64,000 bases of DNA from Thermoproteota archaeon (GCA_029258835.1 JAPDJY010000034.1:1-64000), one strand, 5' to 3'. Positions 1 through 11,221 are shown, numbered from the stretch's first letter. The notes: a model not told the origin generated them from the sequence alone. Made by a program: numbers and translations.

Positions 1-2
1 GG

Positions 3-335
3 GAAGACTTTAATGGAGTCTTCAAATACCTGTCGGAAGGTAAGATAGCTAAGGAAGCCATACCGCAGCTACTAGCTAAGCTGGCTGAGAAGCCTTCTAA
101 CTTGGATGATGCATTAAACGCGTTAGGCATAAAGCCTCTCTCCAAGGAGGAACTTGAAGAGATAATTAGCAAGGTTGTCGAAAGTAACATGAGTTTAATT
201 ATAAGTAAAGGTGAAAGAGCGTTCAGTCCTCTCATGGGCGCCATCATGAAGCAAGTTAGAGGGAAAATCGATGGTAAAACGGTCGCTGAGCTTTTAAAGG
301 CAAAAATCAGCGAGGTGATAAAGCATGGCTCCTAA
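3..335 (+). CDS. gatE: Glu-tRNA(Gln) amidotransferase subunit E, C-terminal part (5'-truncated by window)
   Basis: Frame open from base 3 (EDFNGVFKYLSEGKIAKEAI...AFSPLMGAIMKQVRGKIDGK), Yqey-like tail of GatE; overlaps gatD start. Confidence 0.9.
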   Translation, partial: EDFNGVFKYLSEGKIAKEAIPQLLAKLAEKPSNLDDALNALGIKPLSKEELEEIISKVVESNMSLIISKGERAFSPLMGAIMKQVRGKIDGKTVAELLKAKISEVIKHGS

Positions 336-1680
336 AGATAAGCTACCAGGATACCGCGGTTTTGCCAAGCGTAAACTTGAAGAGGCTAAAGTGAAGGTGT
401 GGAGTGTTGTTAGGGTAGTGAATCCTGACACCACATACGAGGGGATCCTTCTCCCAAGGAGCGAGCTAGGAGACGACCGGCACGTGGTCCTAAAGCTTAA
501 AACTGGCTATAACATTGGGGTGAGAATTTCAGAGGAAACAATCATAGAAGAGTTGGGTTATAGTCCAAGTCATTATGCCCTACCAGAAAGAGATGTTTCC
601 TTTGATCCAAAAAAGCCGACGGTTGCCTTAATTGGGACAGGAGGAACCGTGGCAAGTAGATTGGACTACCGAACCGGAGCCGTGATTCCCGCGTTCACCC
701 CCCAAGAGCTTTTCAGCGCCGTCCCAGAACTTGAAGACATATGCAATCTAAAAACCCTCTCTCTTCTCGAAATTTTTTCAGAAGACATGCAACCCGAATA
801 CTGGGTGAAAATAGCGGAAGCAGTCGCTAAAGAGATAAACGAAGGGGCTGACGGCATCATAGTGGCTCACGGAACCGATACCATGCACTTCACGTCAGCC
901 GCCCTCTCGTTCATGCTAAAAAACCTTTCAGTTCCAGTAGTACTGGTTGGAAGCCAAAGAAGCAGCGACAGGCCCTCAAGTGACGCGGCAATAAATTTAA
1001 TCTCTTCTGCCACGGTGGCGGCTAGAAGTGACATAGCCGAAGTCGTTGTTTGTATGCATGGAAGCAGCAGCGATGAGTACAATCTAATCCATAGAGGCAC
1101 TAGGGTCAGAAAAATGCACACGAGCAGGAGGGACACATTCAAAACGATAGGTGACATACCTTTAGGAATGGTTGCGGACGGTAAAATAAAGATGTTTAGA
1201 AACGATTACAGGCGCAGAAGCAACCAAAGGATTGTTACGGCGGACACGAAAATTGACCCGAAAGTTGTCTTACTCTACACATACCCTGGAATGCAAGCAG
1301 ACCTGATAGAGCACATAATCGACACGGGTTATCATGGAATAGTGCTTGCCGGAACAGGCCTTGGACACTGCCCTAAAACAATACTTCCATCCCTTGAAAG
1401 AGCTATAAAGGAAGGCATAGCAGTTGCAATGACCTCTCAATGTCTCTATGGCTTTGTAGGAATGAACGTATACGAAAGAGGACGTGACCTGTTGAAGATA
1501 GGAGTCATTCCCTGTGGAAATATGCTCCCAGAAGTAGCATATGTCAAACTAATTTACGTTCTAGGTCATACAAGAGATCACGAAGAAGTGAAAAAGCTGA
1601 TGACCCACAGCATATCCGGAGAAATAACAGATAGAGAACCATACAACGGATATTTAATCCTCCAAGGGGAACTAAACTAG
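325..1680 (+). CDS. gatD: Glu-tRNA(Gln) amidotransferase subunit D
   Basis: N-terminal YEGILLPR/KLKTGYNIG domain, asparaginase motifs TGGTVAS, HGTDTM, SQRSSDRPSSD. Confidence 0.97.
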   Translation: MAPKDKLPGYRGFAKRKLEEAKVKVWSVVRVVNPDTTYEGILLPRSELGDDRHVVLKLKTGYNIGVRISEETIIEELGYSPSHYALPERDVSFDPKKPTVALIGTGGTVASRLDYRTGAVIPAFTPQELFSAVPELEDICNLKTLSLLEIFSEDMQPEYWVKIAEAVAKEINEGADGIIVAHGTDTMHFTSAALSFMLKNLSVPVVLVGSQRSSDRPSSDAAINLISSATVAARSDIAEVVVCMHGSSSDEYNLIHRGTRVRKMHTSRRDTFKTIGDIPLGMVADGKIKMFRNDYRRRSNQRIVTADTKIDPKVVLLYTYPGMQADLIEHIIDTGYHGIVLAGTGLGHCPKTILPSLERAIKEGIAVAMTSQCLYGFVGMNVYERGRDLLKIGVIPCGNMLPEVAYVKLIYVLGHTRDHEEVKKLMTHSISGEITDREPYNGYLILQGELN

Positions 1681-1689
1681 TGAAAGCGT

Positions 1690-2646
1690 TTACTCTAAGA
1701 ATTCAACACTATCTACGACTCCATCCCCGTCTAAGTCGTATCCTGCTACTACTCTGGCAGATACCGAGGGGTTAAGTGCATTATTCTTAGTTAACTCATC
1801 TAGGTACCTTGTTACTGCAAGCACAGCAGCCTTAGTTCCCTGAAATCTTTTCCCGGCTAAAACGAGGATCTCTGCTTCAGGGTTAAATGGATTCGTTATC
1901 TTAGCTACTATCCCGCATTCATCCTCATAATAGAAGCGGCCAGTCACAGTAGAGAATATCCTATTTTGCTCGGCAACATCAAACTTTATGGGTAGCTTTT
2001 CGTTAAGCTTATTGGTGATCATGTTCGTTATCGGCCCCCCTACAACTATCATATTCCTCTTAAGGTCGTCTTCACGCACTTCAGTATCTAACTTCACATT
2101 ACTTCCTTCGATTCTATTGGAAATACATCCCAAAAACATAGCTAATTCTACTGCGTAGTGGTTGTCTCTAGCCTGCGCCCTGTATGGTCCATGGATGTCG
2201 GGGCTGCCAACCACTATTAACGCGCTAAGCTTTCCTCCCTCTATGAACGGGCTTAAAAAGCGTACCGCCTTCTCCGTTAAATTTAAAGTTTGGGGGGGTG
2301 TAACGTGTACTCCTTCCCCATTGAGAATGAAAGAAACCGCTTTAGCCTTAGTTGAGTAGTACTTTGCCGTGGCTCCCTTAACTTCTTTCCTCTTAGCTAC
2401 AAAAATAATACCTGCTTTCTTGAGCTCCCCTATGTGATAGTATACCTTCTGCTCGTTAACACGCAGCCTTCTTGCTAACTCTTTAGGATACATTGGCTTT
2501 TCAGCCAGAAGCCTGAGGATACGCAGTCTTTCCTCGCTAAAGACGATTCTTGCAGTACTATAATCTTCAATTATCTCCGTAGGTATGGCTACGTAACTTT
2601 CATCATCCTTCTTCAGCACGAAGCTCTCCACTATCAACCACCCCAA
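1690..2646 (-). CDS. ArsR-type winged-helix regulator with C-terminal S-layer-like alpha/beta domain
   Basis: RLRILRLLAEKPMYPKELARRL...VYYHIGELKKAG wHTH; VGGPITN and LAGKRFQGTKAA motifs; terminal DLDGDG putative Ca-binding loop. Confidence 0.7.
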   Translation of the reverse strand: MGWLIVESFVLKKDDESYVAIPTEIIEDYSTARIVFSEERLRILRLLAEKPMYPKELARRLRVNEQKVYYHIGELKKAGIIFVAKRKEVKGATAKYYSTKAKAVSFILNGEGVHVTPPQTLNLTEKAVRFLSPFIEGGKLSALIVVGSPDIHGPYRAQARDNHYAVELAMFLGCISNRIEGSNVKLDTEVREDDLKRNMIVVGGPITNMITNKLNEKLPIKFDVAEQNRIFSTVTGRFYYEDECGIVAKITNPFNPEAEILVLAGKRFQGTKAAVLAVTRYLDELTKNNALNPSVSARVVAGYDLDGDGVVDSVEFLE

Positions 2647-2984
2647 CAGAAACTATACCATTACAAATTAATTTATAATAATTTCGCATCAGAAATCTGT
2701 TAAATGCCTATTTTTCTCTCATTTCTACATTTTAAACCTCCCGAAATCGTAAAATTAAAGTTTAAATCACATTAAAACGACCATTAACCCTTTTTGCAAG
2801 GAAAACAAATTCCTCTCCATCATGACCGTTTCAATTTCCTTCTGAAAAATCCTTTTAAACATCATCTAATGGAAACCATTTAATCATTTAATCAATGATA
2901 GCCACAGGCTTTAGCTCCTCTAACTGAAGAGCTTCCACCGCTTCTAAGTTGAAGTATCTTCTAGTGCTTTTAGAGGTGAATACC

Positions 2985-4799
2985 TTGTGTGGGATTGTAG
3001 GCGTAGTTCACAGGAAAGTACACGTCGCACCGATAATTTTTGACGCGTTAAAAAGACTAGAATATAGAGGGTACGATTCAGTCGGTGTGGCGACAGTTCA
3101 TGATGGCTGTCTTTTCGTGAAAAAGGATAAAGGTCGGGTTGAAGAAGTTGATGCAAGATTAAACCTTAAATGTCTACCCGGATACGTTGGTGTGGGGCAC
3201 ACCAGGTGGGCGACTCATGGTCAGCCGTCGAAGGAAAACGCTCATCCACACTTAGACTGTGAAGGTGAAATAGCCGTTGTTCACAATGGAATAATAGAAA
3301 ACTTCTTAGATTTAAAGGATGAACTAGGGCGGAAGCATAAATTTACATCAGAAACCGATACAGAAGTGATCCCACACTTAATTGAAGAATTCATGAAGGA
3401 TGGATTGGATTTCCCTTACGCATTTAAGGAAGCTGTGAGGCGGCTGGAAGGAACCTATGCTATAGTTGTTGTTACCCCTTTCTTCAATGGTGTCCTCTGC
3501 GCTAGGAGCGGAAGTCCCCTCGTGATTGGCTTAGGAGCGGATGCAACCTACTGTGCATCCGACATACCAGCGTTCCTCCCTTACACTAGAAAAGTAGCGC
3601 TTTTAGACGATGGATGTGTGAGCATCGTGAATTATGAAGGAGTGATCATAGAAGACTTATCCAAAAGAAAGATGTTAAAACCTCGTATTGTGGAGGTGCC
3701 GTGGAGCATCGAAATGGCATGTAAGGGAGGATACCCCCACTTCATGTTGAAGGAAATTCACGAGCAACCCCGTGCTCTCAGGGAGACCTTAACCTTGAGC
3801 TGGCAAGAGCTGGATGAACCGGTAGAAATGGTTAATGCCGCATCCCACATTTACATTACAGGAGCTGGAACATCAAACCATGCAGGGGTAGCAGGGAAGT
3901 ACACGATGGCACGGCTTGCATCCATCCTAGCCCAGCCGGTCCTTGCCTCGGAGTTTCAGGAGGCAACTGCAGGGTTACTAGACAGTGACAGTTTAGTCAT
4001 AGCTATAAGCCAGTCCGGAGAGACGAGTGACACGATCGATGCGGTCAAATATGCTAAACACATGGGTGCAAAAGTTATCGCCGTTACAAACGTGGTGGGG
4101 AGTTCAATAACGAGAATCGCCGACTCTGTCATATATACTCGAGCTGGCCCTGAGATAGGCGTCGCCGCGACAAAGACGTTCCTAACACAGCTTGCAGTTC
4201 TAGCACTTCTCGCCATTAAGTTAGGCGAGGTAAGGGGGCTCTTGAACGGTAGAGAAGCAGAGTCGCTGAGGGAATCCCTCCACGCCACCCCCAAACGAGT
4301 CTCTGAAACCATAAAAAATACTGAAAGCGCTATTAAGGTTATGGCTAAGCAGCTTTCTCGCAAGGAAAGCTGCTTCTTTCTAGGTAGAGGAATAAGCACC
4401 GCAACAGCCATGGAAGGTGCCCTGAAGCTAAAGGAGATCTCTTACGTCCATGCTGAAGCCTACCCTGCCGGAGAATCTAAGCATGGCCCAATAGCTCTTG
4501 TGAGCGAAGGCTTCCCAGTAATTTTTATAGCCCCACCTGATGAAACGAAAGCTAAGATCATTGGAAACATAATGGAAATGAAAGCCAGAGGAGCAATGAT
4601 CATAAGTCTCACCCAGACTGGAGAGCTTGAGATAAAGTCTCTTTCAGATAAAACGCTGCTCTTACCGCCCTCTCCCCCTCCATTCACTCCCCTCACATAC
4701 ACCGTCCCCCTCCAACTATTTGCTTATTACATGGCTGTAGAGCGTGGAGCCAACCCGGACAAACCACGTAACCTCGCTAAAAGCGTCACGGTTCCCTAA
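2985..4799 (+). CDS. glmS: Glutamine--fructose-6-phosphate aminotransferase
   Basis: TTG start after GAGGTGA gives (M)CGIVG Ntn cysteine; LEYRGYDS, GHTRWATHG, SQSGET, PRNLAKSVT. Confidence 0.97.
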   Translation: MCGIVGVVHRKVHVAPIIFDALKRLEYRGYDSVGVATVHDGCLFVKKDKGRVEEVDARLNLKCLPGYVGVGHTRWATHGQPSKENAHPHLDCEGEIAVVHNGIIENFLDLKDELGRKHKFTSETDTEVIPHLIEEFMKDGLDFPYAFKEAVRRLEGTYAIVVVTPFFNGVLCARSGSPLVIGLGADATYCASDIPAFLPYTRKVALLDDGCVSIVNYEGVIIEDLSKRKMLKPRIVEVPWSIEMACKGGYPHFMLKEIHEQPRALRETLTLSWQELDEPVEMVNAASHIYITGAGTSNHAGVAGKYTMARLASILAQPVLASEFQEATAGLLDSDSLVIAISQSGETSDTIDAVKYAKHMGAKVIAVTNVVGSSITRIADSVIYTRAGPEIGVAATKTFLTQLAVLALLAIKLGEVRGLLNGREAESLRESLHATPKRVSETIKNTESAIKVMAKQLSRKESCFFLGRGISTATAMEGALKLKEISYVHAEAYPAGESKHGPIALVSEGFPVIFIAPPDETKAKIIGNIMEMKARGAMIISLTQTGELEIKSLSDKTLLLPPSPPPFTPLTYTVPLQLFAYYMAVERGANPDKPRNLAKSVTVP

Positions 4800-4973
4800 C
4801 CCGCTCTCGCAGCTTCCTCCCTTACTTTATGGGTCCTCCGCCAGCCGTCACCTGCCTTCACCGACGGAACTCCAAAATTGATAGTTGACATATTTTGAGG
4901 ATATCACCTCTATGATATTTCTTCTTAAATTAAGTGTTCACCTACTTTTCTCCGCCCTTTTCAGCGTGGGCGG

Positions 4974-7900
4974 GTGATTGCAACGGTTCACATCAAGAAA
5001 ATAGTTGTTAAGGGGTTCAAGTCCTTCGGCAACCGCAGGGTTTCAATCAATTTTTCAAGGGGATTCGTGGTAGTTGTTGGGCCTAATGGGTCCGGTAAAA
5101 GCAACCTTCTAGACGCTATCCGGTTTGGTATAGGAATGCTTAGTGCTAAATCTATGCGGGCAAGCACCTTCTCAGACTTAATATTTTACTCTAAGAGTAA
5201 AGGTGGACGCATGGCTAAATACGCTTCGGTCAGCCTTTACCTTGACAATACCGATAGGCGAATACCAGTAGACTCCGACACCGTTGTTATAACACGCCAA
5301 GTAGACTTAGATGGGAGAGGTACCTACAGGCTTAACGGACGGGCTGTTTCCCGAAGTCAGATAGTAGACCTCTTAGAAGCAGCTGGGATAAGCCCAGACG
5401 GCTACAACATGGTTCCTCAAGGAGAGATCTTAGAGGTAATACAGAAGGGACCCGTTGAAATAAGAAGGCTTTTCGAAGAGATCGCCGGCATCTCCTCTTT
5501 TGACGAGAAAAAAGAGAAAGCCCAGAAGGAACTCGAAATCGCAGAGCAGAACCTCAGAGAAAACCTCGCCCAAGTTAAGGAAGTACGTAACGTTGTTGAA
5601 AGGCTCGCTAGAGAGAGGGAGGCAGCCATAAAATATAAAAAATTAGAAGAAGAGATAAGGGAGGCCAAAGCAAAACTAGTTTTCTTCCAACTTAAAGAGA
5701 AAAAGGAACGTCTTGAAAGTATCTTAAGGGAGATAGAAGGCAAGAAAAAAGAAGTTGAAACTTCAAAGGAAAGGTTAAACTCAATCCGTGACACGCTGAG
5801 TTCACTTCAAGCTAAAGTTTCATCCCTGGACAAGGAAATTGCATCCTTAGAAGAGTCTAGGCGGTCCTTAACTTCGAAGCTAGATGAGAAGGGAAGACGT
5901 CTCTCAGAACAAAAGGTCATTGTAGACTTCAAGGAAAGAGATCTTCAAGGTAAAATAAGGCAAATTGAAACGTTGAAGAAAGAAGCTGAAGGAATTCAAC
6001 GGAGAATTAACGTGGAACGGGAGGAGCTTGCTAAACTGTTAAGTGATGAAAGCATAATCTCCAAGACTGCCTCTGAGAAGCAGAAGGTACTAGACGCCCT
6101 ATACGAGCAAGCAGCAGCCCTTGATTCTGAACACTCAAAGCTTAAGGGCGAGCTTCAGCAGCTTGAAGGTAAAGTAGAAGAGTTAAAGAGAAGAAAAGCT
6201 GAACTTGAAGCTGAAAGGAAAGTACTAGAGAACGAGTTGTCACATTACCAAGAATCCATTTCGGTAAAGTCTGAAAGATACGGGAAAATATGTAGAATGA
6301 TCGAAGCTATAAGAGGCGAAGTCAAGCTGTTAAGGGAGAAGGAACGTAAAAGCAGGGAGAAAAAAGATTATCTTTCCAAGTCCCTGAAGCAAGTTGAAGA
6401 GGAAATAGAGAAGGTTGAAGGAGAACTTAAAGAGACGGAGAATATCCTCCAAAGGCTTAAAGAAGAAATAATTAAAGTTAAGGCTATCAATGAGGAGAGA
6501 GAGCGAATACTTAGATCTCAATCCGCTGTCTACAAGATCTTAAAGCTAAGGGATGAAGGCATCATAACAGGCATTCATGGTACAATAGCTGAATTAGGGA
6601 GTGCCGAGGAAGAATATGCATTGGCACTGGAAGCTGCAGCCGGGCAACGTTTAAACTACGTTGTGGTCGAAAACGACGAGGTAGCAGTTAAGTGCATAGA
6701 ATTTCTCAAAGAGCATCGGCTGGGACGTGTAAGCTTCATCCCTCTAAACCTAATACGTCCTAGGAAGGCGGTGGATGTTAAAGGAAATGGAATAATAGGG
6801 TCAGCTGTAGACCTAATACGCTTCGACGAACGCTTCAGACCCGCATTTGAATACGTCTTCGGGAACACGGTAATTGTTAAAGACCTAAACGTGGCACGCA
6901 GCCTCCACGACCTTAAAGCTAGAAAAGTAACGTTGGATGGAGAAATACTCGAGACATCTGGCCTAATGGTGGGTGGCCACGTAAACAAAAGACACGTAGG
7001 CGTATTCCAGAAACTGGAAGATCATTCAAAACTTGAAAACGAACTCAGAGGTATAGGCGAAGTGAAGAAAACGCTTCTTTTAAAAGTAAGCCAGCTGGAA
7101 AGTCGGAGAAACGATATTCTCCGAAGCATCGAAGACGCAGACAGAGAAAACTACATCTGCAGAAACAGGCTTAACGACCTGACCTCCCGCCTTCAAAGTC
7201 TGGAATCCGAGGTAAAAGAGCTCGAGGAAGAGCTGGAAACATTGTCCAGTAAGCGCTCTGAAAAAGAGCACGTACTGAAAAGGGTGATTGAAGAAGCGTC
7301 GGAAATAAGCTTGCAAATAGATGTTTTGAAGAAAGAAAAGGTGCGTCTTGAAGAAGTAATATCAAATTCTGAGTCATTTATCCTTCAAACACAGATAAGA
7401 GAGCTGGAAAAAGAGCTACTTACACTTAAAGACAAACTTAACGGGATAAGGGTTAAGGTTGCTGAAAAACGAACATTGGTAGACGGACACCTTAAGAAGC
7501 TGCTTAACGAGAAATTAAGTGCAATTCCCCTTTTAGAGCGTGAAAGAGCGGAGCTAGAGGATGAAGTTAAACGTTTAGGGTTGGTGCTGGAGGCAATTGC
7601 AGACGAGGTAGCCCAGCTGGAGGGTATGGAGCGCGAGCTTAGAGACAAGATAACGCTGCTCAAAAAAGAGAAAGAGGAAACAGTAAAGAAATACTTCGCC
7701 TTGGCAAAAGAGATTGAAAGGTTAGAGAGCAAGATTAACGAGTTAGAGCTGGAGCTGAAAAGCGCAGAGGTCGAACGGTCCTTTGTGGAGGAAGCATTGA
7801 AGGAGCTTGAAAAACAGGCTGAGGAATACTGTTCATATTCGTTCAGCAACGTGGAATCCGTAAGCATCGAAGAAATCAGGGAAGTCATCAAGTCTAAGGA

Positions 7901-8555
7901 GAAAGAAAAGAAAAGGCTTGAGCCCGTAAACATGCTTGCAATAGAACTCTACGAGAAAGAAAGAAGAAGGTATGATGAGCTTATAGAGAAAAGGAATAAG
8001 CTCATCGAAGAGAGGGAGGGGATACTGAACTTCATACGGGAAATCGAGAAAGATAAAAGAAACACTTTTCTTTCAACGTTCTACGCCATAGAAAGGAATT
8101 TCAAGCGGATTTTCTCCTCTCTTTCCCCGGGTGGAAGCGCACGTTTCATTCTGGAAAATCCGGTAGACCCTTTCTCGGGAGGAGTGATCATCGAGGCGCG
8201 TCCAGCGGGGAAAGAGGTTAAAAGGTTGGAGCTAAAGTCAGGCGGCGAAAAGTCGATAACGTCCCTCGCATTAATATTTGCCATACAACAGCATCACCCT
8301 GCACCATTTTACATCATGGATGAAATAGACGCCTTCTTAGATGAGCAGAATGCCAGCCGCGTAGCGGACCTTATCAAGGAATTTTCAAAAACGTCACAGT
8401 TCATTGTTGTGTCCCTCAGGAAAGCCACCATGAAGAGGGCAGACCAGATAATTGGTGTAACCTACTTAGATGGCACATCACACATATTCTCCGTTGAGCC
8501 TGCCCAAATGGCGATGTACACTGAACAACAGGAGAGGAGGGGGGCTGTTGCGTAA
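4974..8555 (+). CDS. smc: Chromosome segregation protein SMC
   Basis: Walker A GPNGSGKSN, two coiled-coil arms, hinge (GRVSFIPL...VTLDGE..G.MVGG), SGGEKS signature, DEIDAFLD. Confidence 0.97.
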   Translation: MIATVHIKKIVVKGFKSFGNRRVSINFSRGFVVVVGPNGSGKSNLLDAIRFGIGMLSAKSMRASTFSDLIFYSKSKGGRMAKYASVSLYLDNTDRRIPVDSDTVVITRQVDLDGRGTYRLNGRAVSRSQIVDLLEAAGISPDGYNMVPQGEILEVIQKGPVEIRRLFEEIAGISSFDEKKEKAQKELEIAEQNLRENLAQVKEVRNVVERLAREREAAIKYKKLEEEIREAKAKLVFFQLKEKKERLESILREIEGKKKEVETSKERLNSIRDTLSSLQAKVSSLDKEIASLEESRRSLTSKLDEKGRRLSEQKVIVDFKERDLQGKIRQIETLKKEAEGIQRRINVEREELAKLLSDESIISKTASEKQKVLDALYEQAAALDSEHSKLKGELQQLEGKVEELKRRKAELEAERKVLENELSHYQESISVKSERYGKICRMIEAIRGEVKLLREKERKSREKKDYLSKSLKQVEEEIEKVEGELKETENILQRLKEEIIKVKAINEERERILRSQSAVYKILKLRDEGIITGIHGTIAELGSAEEEYALALEAAAGQRLNYVVVENDEVAVKCIEFLKEHRLGRVSFIPLNLIRPRKAVDVKGNGIIGSAVDLIRFDERFRPAFEYVFGNTVIVKDLNVARSLHDLKARKVTLDGEILETSGLMVGGHVNKRHVGVFQKLEDHSKLENELRGIGEVKKTLLLKVSQLESRRNDILRSIEDADRENYICRNRLNDLTSRLQSLESEVKELEEELETLSSKRSEKEHVLKRVIEEASEISLQIDVLKKEKVRLEEVISNSESFILQTQIRELEKELLTLKDKLNGIRVKVAEKRTLVDGHLKKLLNEKLSAIPLLERERAELEDEVKRLGLVLEAIADEVAQLEGMERELRDKITLLKKEKEETVKKYFALAKEIERLESKINELELELKSAEVERSFVEEALKELEKQAEEYCSYSFSNVESVSIEEIREVIKSKEKEKKRLEPVNMLAIELYEKERRRYDELIEKRNKLIEEREGILNFIREIEKDKRNTFLSTFYAIERNFKRIFSSLSPGGSARFILENPVDPFSGGVIIEARPAGKEVKRLELKSGGEKSITSLALIFAIQQHHPAPFYIMDEIDAFLDEQNASRVADLIKEFSKTSQFIVVSLRKATMKRADQIIGVTYLDGTSHIFSVEPAQMAMYTEQQERRGAVA

Positions 8556-9258
8556 GGACGCATGCTCATGTGGGAAACCGTTCTGGCTAGAACATCCTTG
8601 GAATCTCCTAATAGACCCTTCCAGAGTAGAAGAAGACCCTTGGAACGTTGACATAGCAGATCTCATCATGGGCTTTCTCGAGAAGATGAGGGAGCTCGAA
8701 TTGATAAATTACTGGATTTCAGGTAAAGCCCTCCTGTCAGCCTCCATAATTCACAGAATAAAATCCGAGCTCCTCCTCAAATTTTCATACGGCGAGGAGG
8801 AAAATAGTTGTGGAAGCGACGTCGTAAAGGTTGATATACCTCCAATACCTATGCCATTCAGAATCACCAGTCGAAAGGTAACCCTTTCAGAGCTTCTAGT
8901 CGCATTGCAACAGGCTCTCATTGCCGAAGCTAAACGGAGAACACAAGTTTCCATTAGGAAAGCACCCTCCGAAGACCAAGAAGACCACAACCCCGAAGAG
9001 ATAATTTTAGAATCACTACACGAGGAATATGATGTTGAATTAAAGTTAGAAAGCCTCTATCAGAGAATCGTTTCGTCCAGTAAAAACATAATAACTCTCT
9101 CTAGTTTAGCGAATGGGGATCCTGAAAGCGTCATCGACGTTTTTCTCGCTCTTCTCTACCTCTCCTTCCGAGGCTTAGTCTATATTTGGCAGGAGAAGCC
9201 AGGTGGTGAAATATATATTATGGAGGGGGAGAAATGGAGGAAAATGCTAAAGCTCTAG
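8548..9258 (+). CDS. scpA: Kleisin, segregation/condensation protein A
   Basis: DPWNVDIADL, SGKALLSASIIHRIKS, VTLSELLVAL, FLALLYL..G.V.IWQ; between smc and scpB; TTG start after GGAGG. Confidence 0.88.
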   Translation: MRKDACSCGKPFWLEHPWNLLIDPSRVEEDPWNVDIADLIMGFLEKMRELELINYWISGKALLSASIIHRIKSELLLKFSYGEEENSCGSDVVKVDIPPIPMPFRITSRKVTLSELLVALQQALIAEAKRRTQVSIRKAPSEDQEDHNPEEIILESLHEEYDVELKLESLYQRIVSSSKNIITLSSLANGDPESVIDVFLALLYLSFRGLVYIWQEKPGGEIYIMEGEKWRKMLKL

Positions 9259-9770
9259 TTGAGGCCGCACTTTACGCTGCGGGAAGGCCTCTATCGCTAG
9301 ATCAAATCGCCAAGATAGCCGGAGTAGAAGGAAGTAAAGCAAAGAAGGTGGTCTCCGAAATTATCGCTGACTATAAGGCGCGAAATGGTGCAATAGAGGT
9401 AGTTGAATTACCCGGTTCACGCTACGCCATGCAACTTAAGCCAACCTACTCGTCAGCTGTTAAGGACGTAGTTCCCGGAGGGCTGCTTTCACTCGGAGAA
9501 CTTAAAACTCTAGCCTACATCGCCTTAATGCAGCCTGTAAAGCAGTCGCAAGTTGTCAAAGCAAGAGGGTCGTCAGCTTACAGCCACATAAAGAGGCTTG
9601 AAAGCCTCGGCTTCCTGAGAAGTGAGGCTGAAAAAAGAACAAAGATTCTCTGCACAACGGAGCTATTCTCCGACTACTTTGGCCTGTCTCATGATGTTAA
9701 GAAAATGAAACTCCAACTAAGGTGGAGGATAAAAAGGGCAGAGCTTTCAGGTTCGACGCAGACAAATTAG
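9234..9770 (+). CDS. scpB: Segregation/condensation protein B
   Basis: VEAALYAAGRPLS, LKTLAYIA..QP, TTELFSDYFGL. Confidence 0.93.
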   Translation: MEENAKALVEAALYAAGRPLSLDQIAKIAGVEGSKAKKVVSEIIADYKARNGAIEVVELPGSRYAMQLKPTYSSAVKDVVPGGLLSLGELKTLAYIALMQPVKQSQVVKARGSSAYSHIKRLESLGFLRSEAEKRTKILCTTELFSDYFGLSHDVKKMKLQLRWRIKRAELSGSTQTN

Positions 9771-9773
9771 TGT

Positions 9774-10139
9774 TCACTTTATTTTCGAAAGTGCCAGCTT
9801 AAGGTTCCTCATTATAAGGCCCAGAGAGTTCGTAGCGTCTCTCCCCGTTATAGCTAAAAGTCCTTTCCCTCCTGCAAATGTGATGACGGTAAATCCATCA
9901 TCGCTTTCTACATAGGCAACGGCAGCATCACCCTTCTCAGCTGATTGGCTAAGCTTCTTGGCGGCGTCAACCATAGCCGCAGCGTGCTTAGCGATCTCAG
10001 CATGTTTCATTTGGGTCAACGATTGACTTATGATTGCCTTCCCATCAGAATCAAACAATATCACACCTTCAATTTCGGGTATTTGCTCCATGATTGAAGC
10101 AATAAGTTCTTCCGTTGCTTCACCCATAGAAATCACCAT
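9774..10139 (-). CDS. Roadblock/LC7 (MglB-like) domain protein
   Basis: About 120 aa; IPEIEGVILFDSDGKAI strand pair, central helix, three-strand sheet, NSLGLIMRNLK terminal helix. Confidence 0.75.
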   Translation of the reverse strand: MVISMGEATEELIASIMEQIPEIEGVILFDSDGKAIISQSLTQMKHAEIAKHAAAMVDAAKKLSQSAEKGDAAVAYVESDDGFTVITFAGGKGLLAITGRDATNSLGLIMRNLKLALSKIK

Positions 10140-10297
10140 TCCTTTTAAAGGTAAACAATTACATTAAACATCTTTCACGAATCCCGCATCATCACCAACC
10201 CTATTCTCATGTGAAAACTTAAAAATAAGCGTTTCCCAGCAAACCGGCGGCAATGACATGCTTTCCTTATAAAAAGGAAATTCACAAAACCAGAGGC

Positions 10298-11221
10298 TCA
10301 ATACTCTATGACGTACTTTCCCTCAACTTTTTTAAGAAGTCCCTGTGATACCAGTTCATCTAGCGTTTTCTGGACATCCCCAGTATACGCTGAGGAGACA
10401 TTGCCGTAAAGGTAGCCCACAATGTCGAAGAGAGAATAGCAAACCTGTGCTTTATCACATGCTATTTCAAGGAGTGATTCATAGAACTTCAATGACTGTT
10501 GGTCAACTAAAACCACGTTCAACGGGATCTCTCGTAAATAATCATATAAGCTCTTGTCTTTCAGGGGCAATAGGACACGGAACCCCATTCTCTTAGCCTC
10601 TCCTGTTATGTTTACCAGCTCCTTCAACCAGCTCAGTGGATACTCTGTCAACTTGCCATCTAAGTAATACTCCAGAAATAACAGATTCAAGTTATTCGAG
10701 AAAAGATCCATTAACATGTTGAATTTTTCCTTCCATGCTTTAACCAAGAGAGGAAACCTTCTTCCCGGCCTAATTTTAAGTAGATCCCTGCCAACAAGTT
10801 CGTTCAAAGTGTTAACGTTTAAATGTGGGCTTTGGTCAAAGTGAAGGTTTTCGCCTCCACATAGAAGCATGGCATATGCCAGCATTTTCATGTTACCTAG
10901 AAAATGGCGAAGACTGGTGTAACTACTAAGATGGCTAAACCTGCGGTCTCTGCTCTTCTGAGATAAATTGTTAATGAACGGCATCAACGACGCAAAAGCC
11001 TCAGTAAGTCCTAAGTAGAGGAATCGTATATCAGTTGCCCTGCTGAACGCGTCTATCTGAACCCTCATTTTACGTCCTGTTATACGTACATCCCACTGAA
11101 AGTTGCAATTCTCAAGGAAGCTGGTAGAATTCCACTTGACGTCGACGTTATCGTCGCAAACCATCACGGAACATTTGTTCTTCAAGTTTAGGAATGAACA
11201 TGGAAACGCTATGCATTCCAA
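10298..11221 (-). CDS. Hypothetical protein, possible C-terminal winged helix
   Basis: 307-aa ORF with GGAGG upstream; C-terminal DVQKTLDELVSQGLLKKVEGKYVI resembles wHTH recognition helix plus wing. Confidence 0.6.
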   Translation of the reverse strand: MECIAFPCSFLNLKNKCSVMVCDDNVDVKWNSTSFLENCNFQWDVRITGRKMRVQIDAFSRATDIRFLYLGLTEAFASLMPFINNLSQKSRDRRFSHLSSYTSLRHFLGNMKMLAYAMLLCGGENLHFDQSPHLNVNTLNELVGRDLLKIRPGRRFPLLVKAWKEKFNMLMDLFSNNLNLLFLEYYLDGKLTEYPLSWLKELVNITGEAKRMGFRVLLPLKDKSLYDYLREIPLNVVLVDQQSLKFYESLLEIACDKAQVCYSLFDIVGYLYGNVSSAYTGDVQKTLDELVSQGLLKKVEGKYVIEY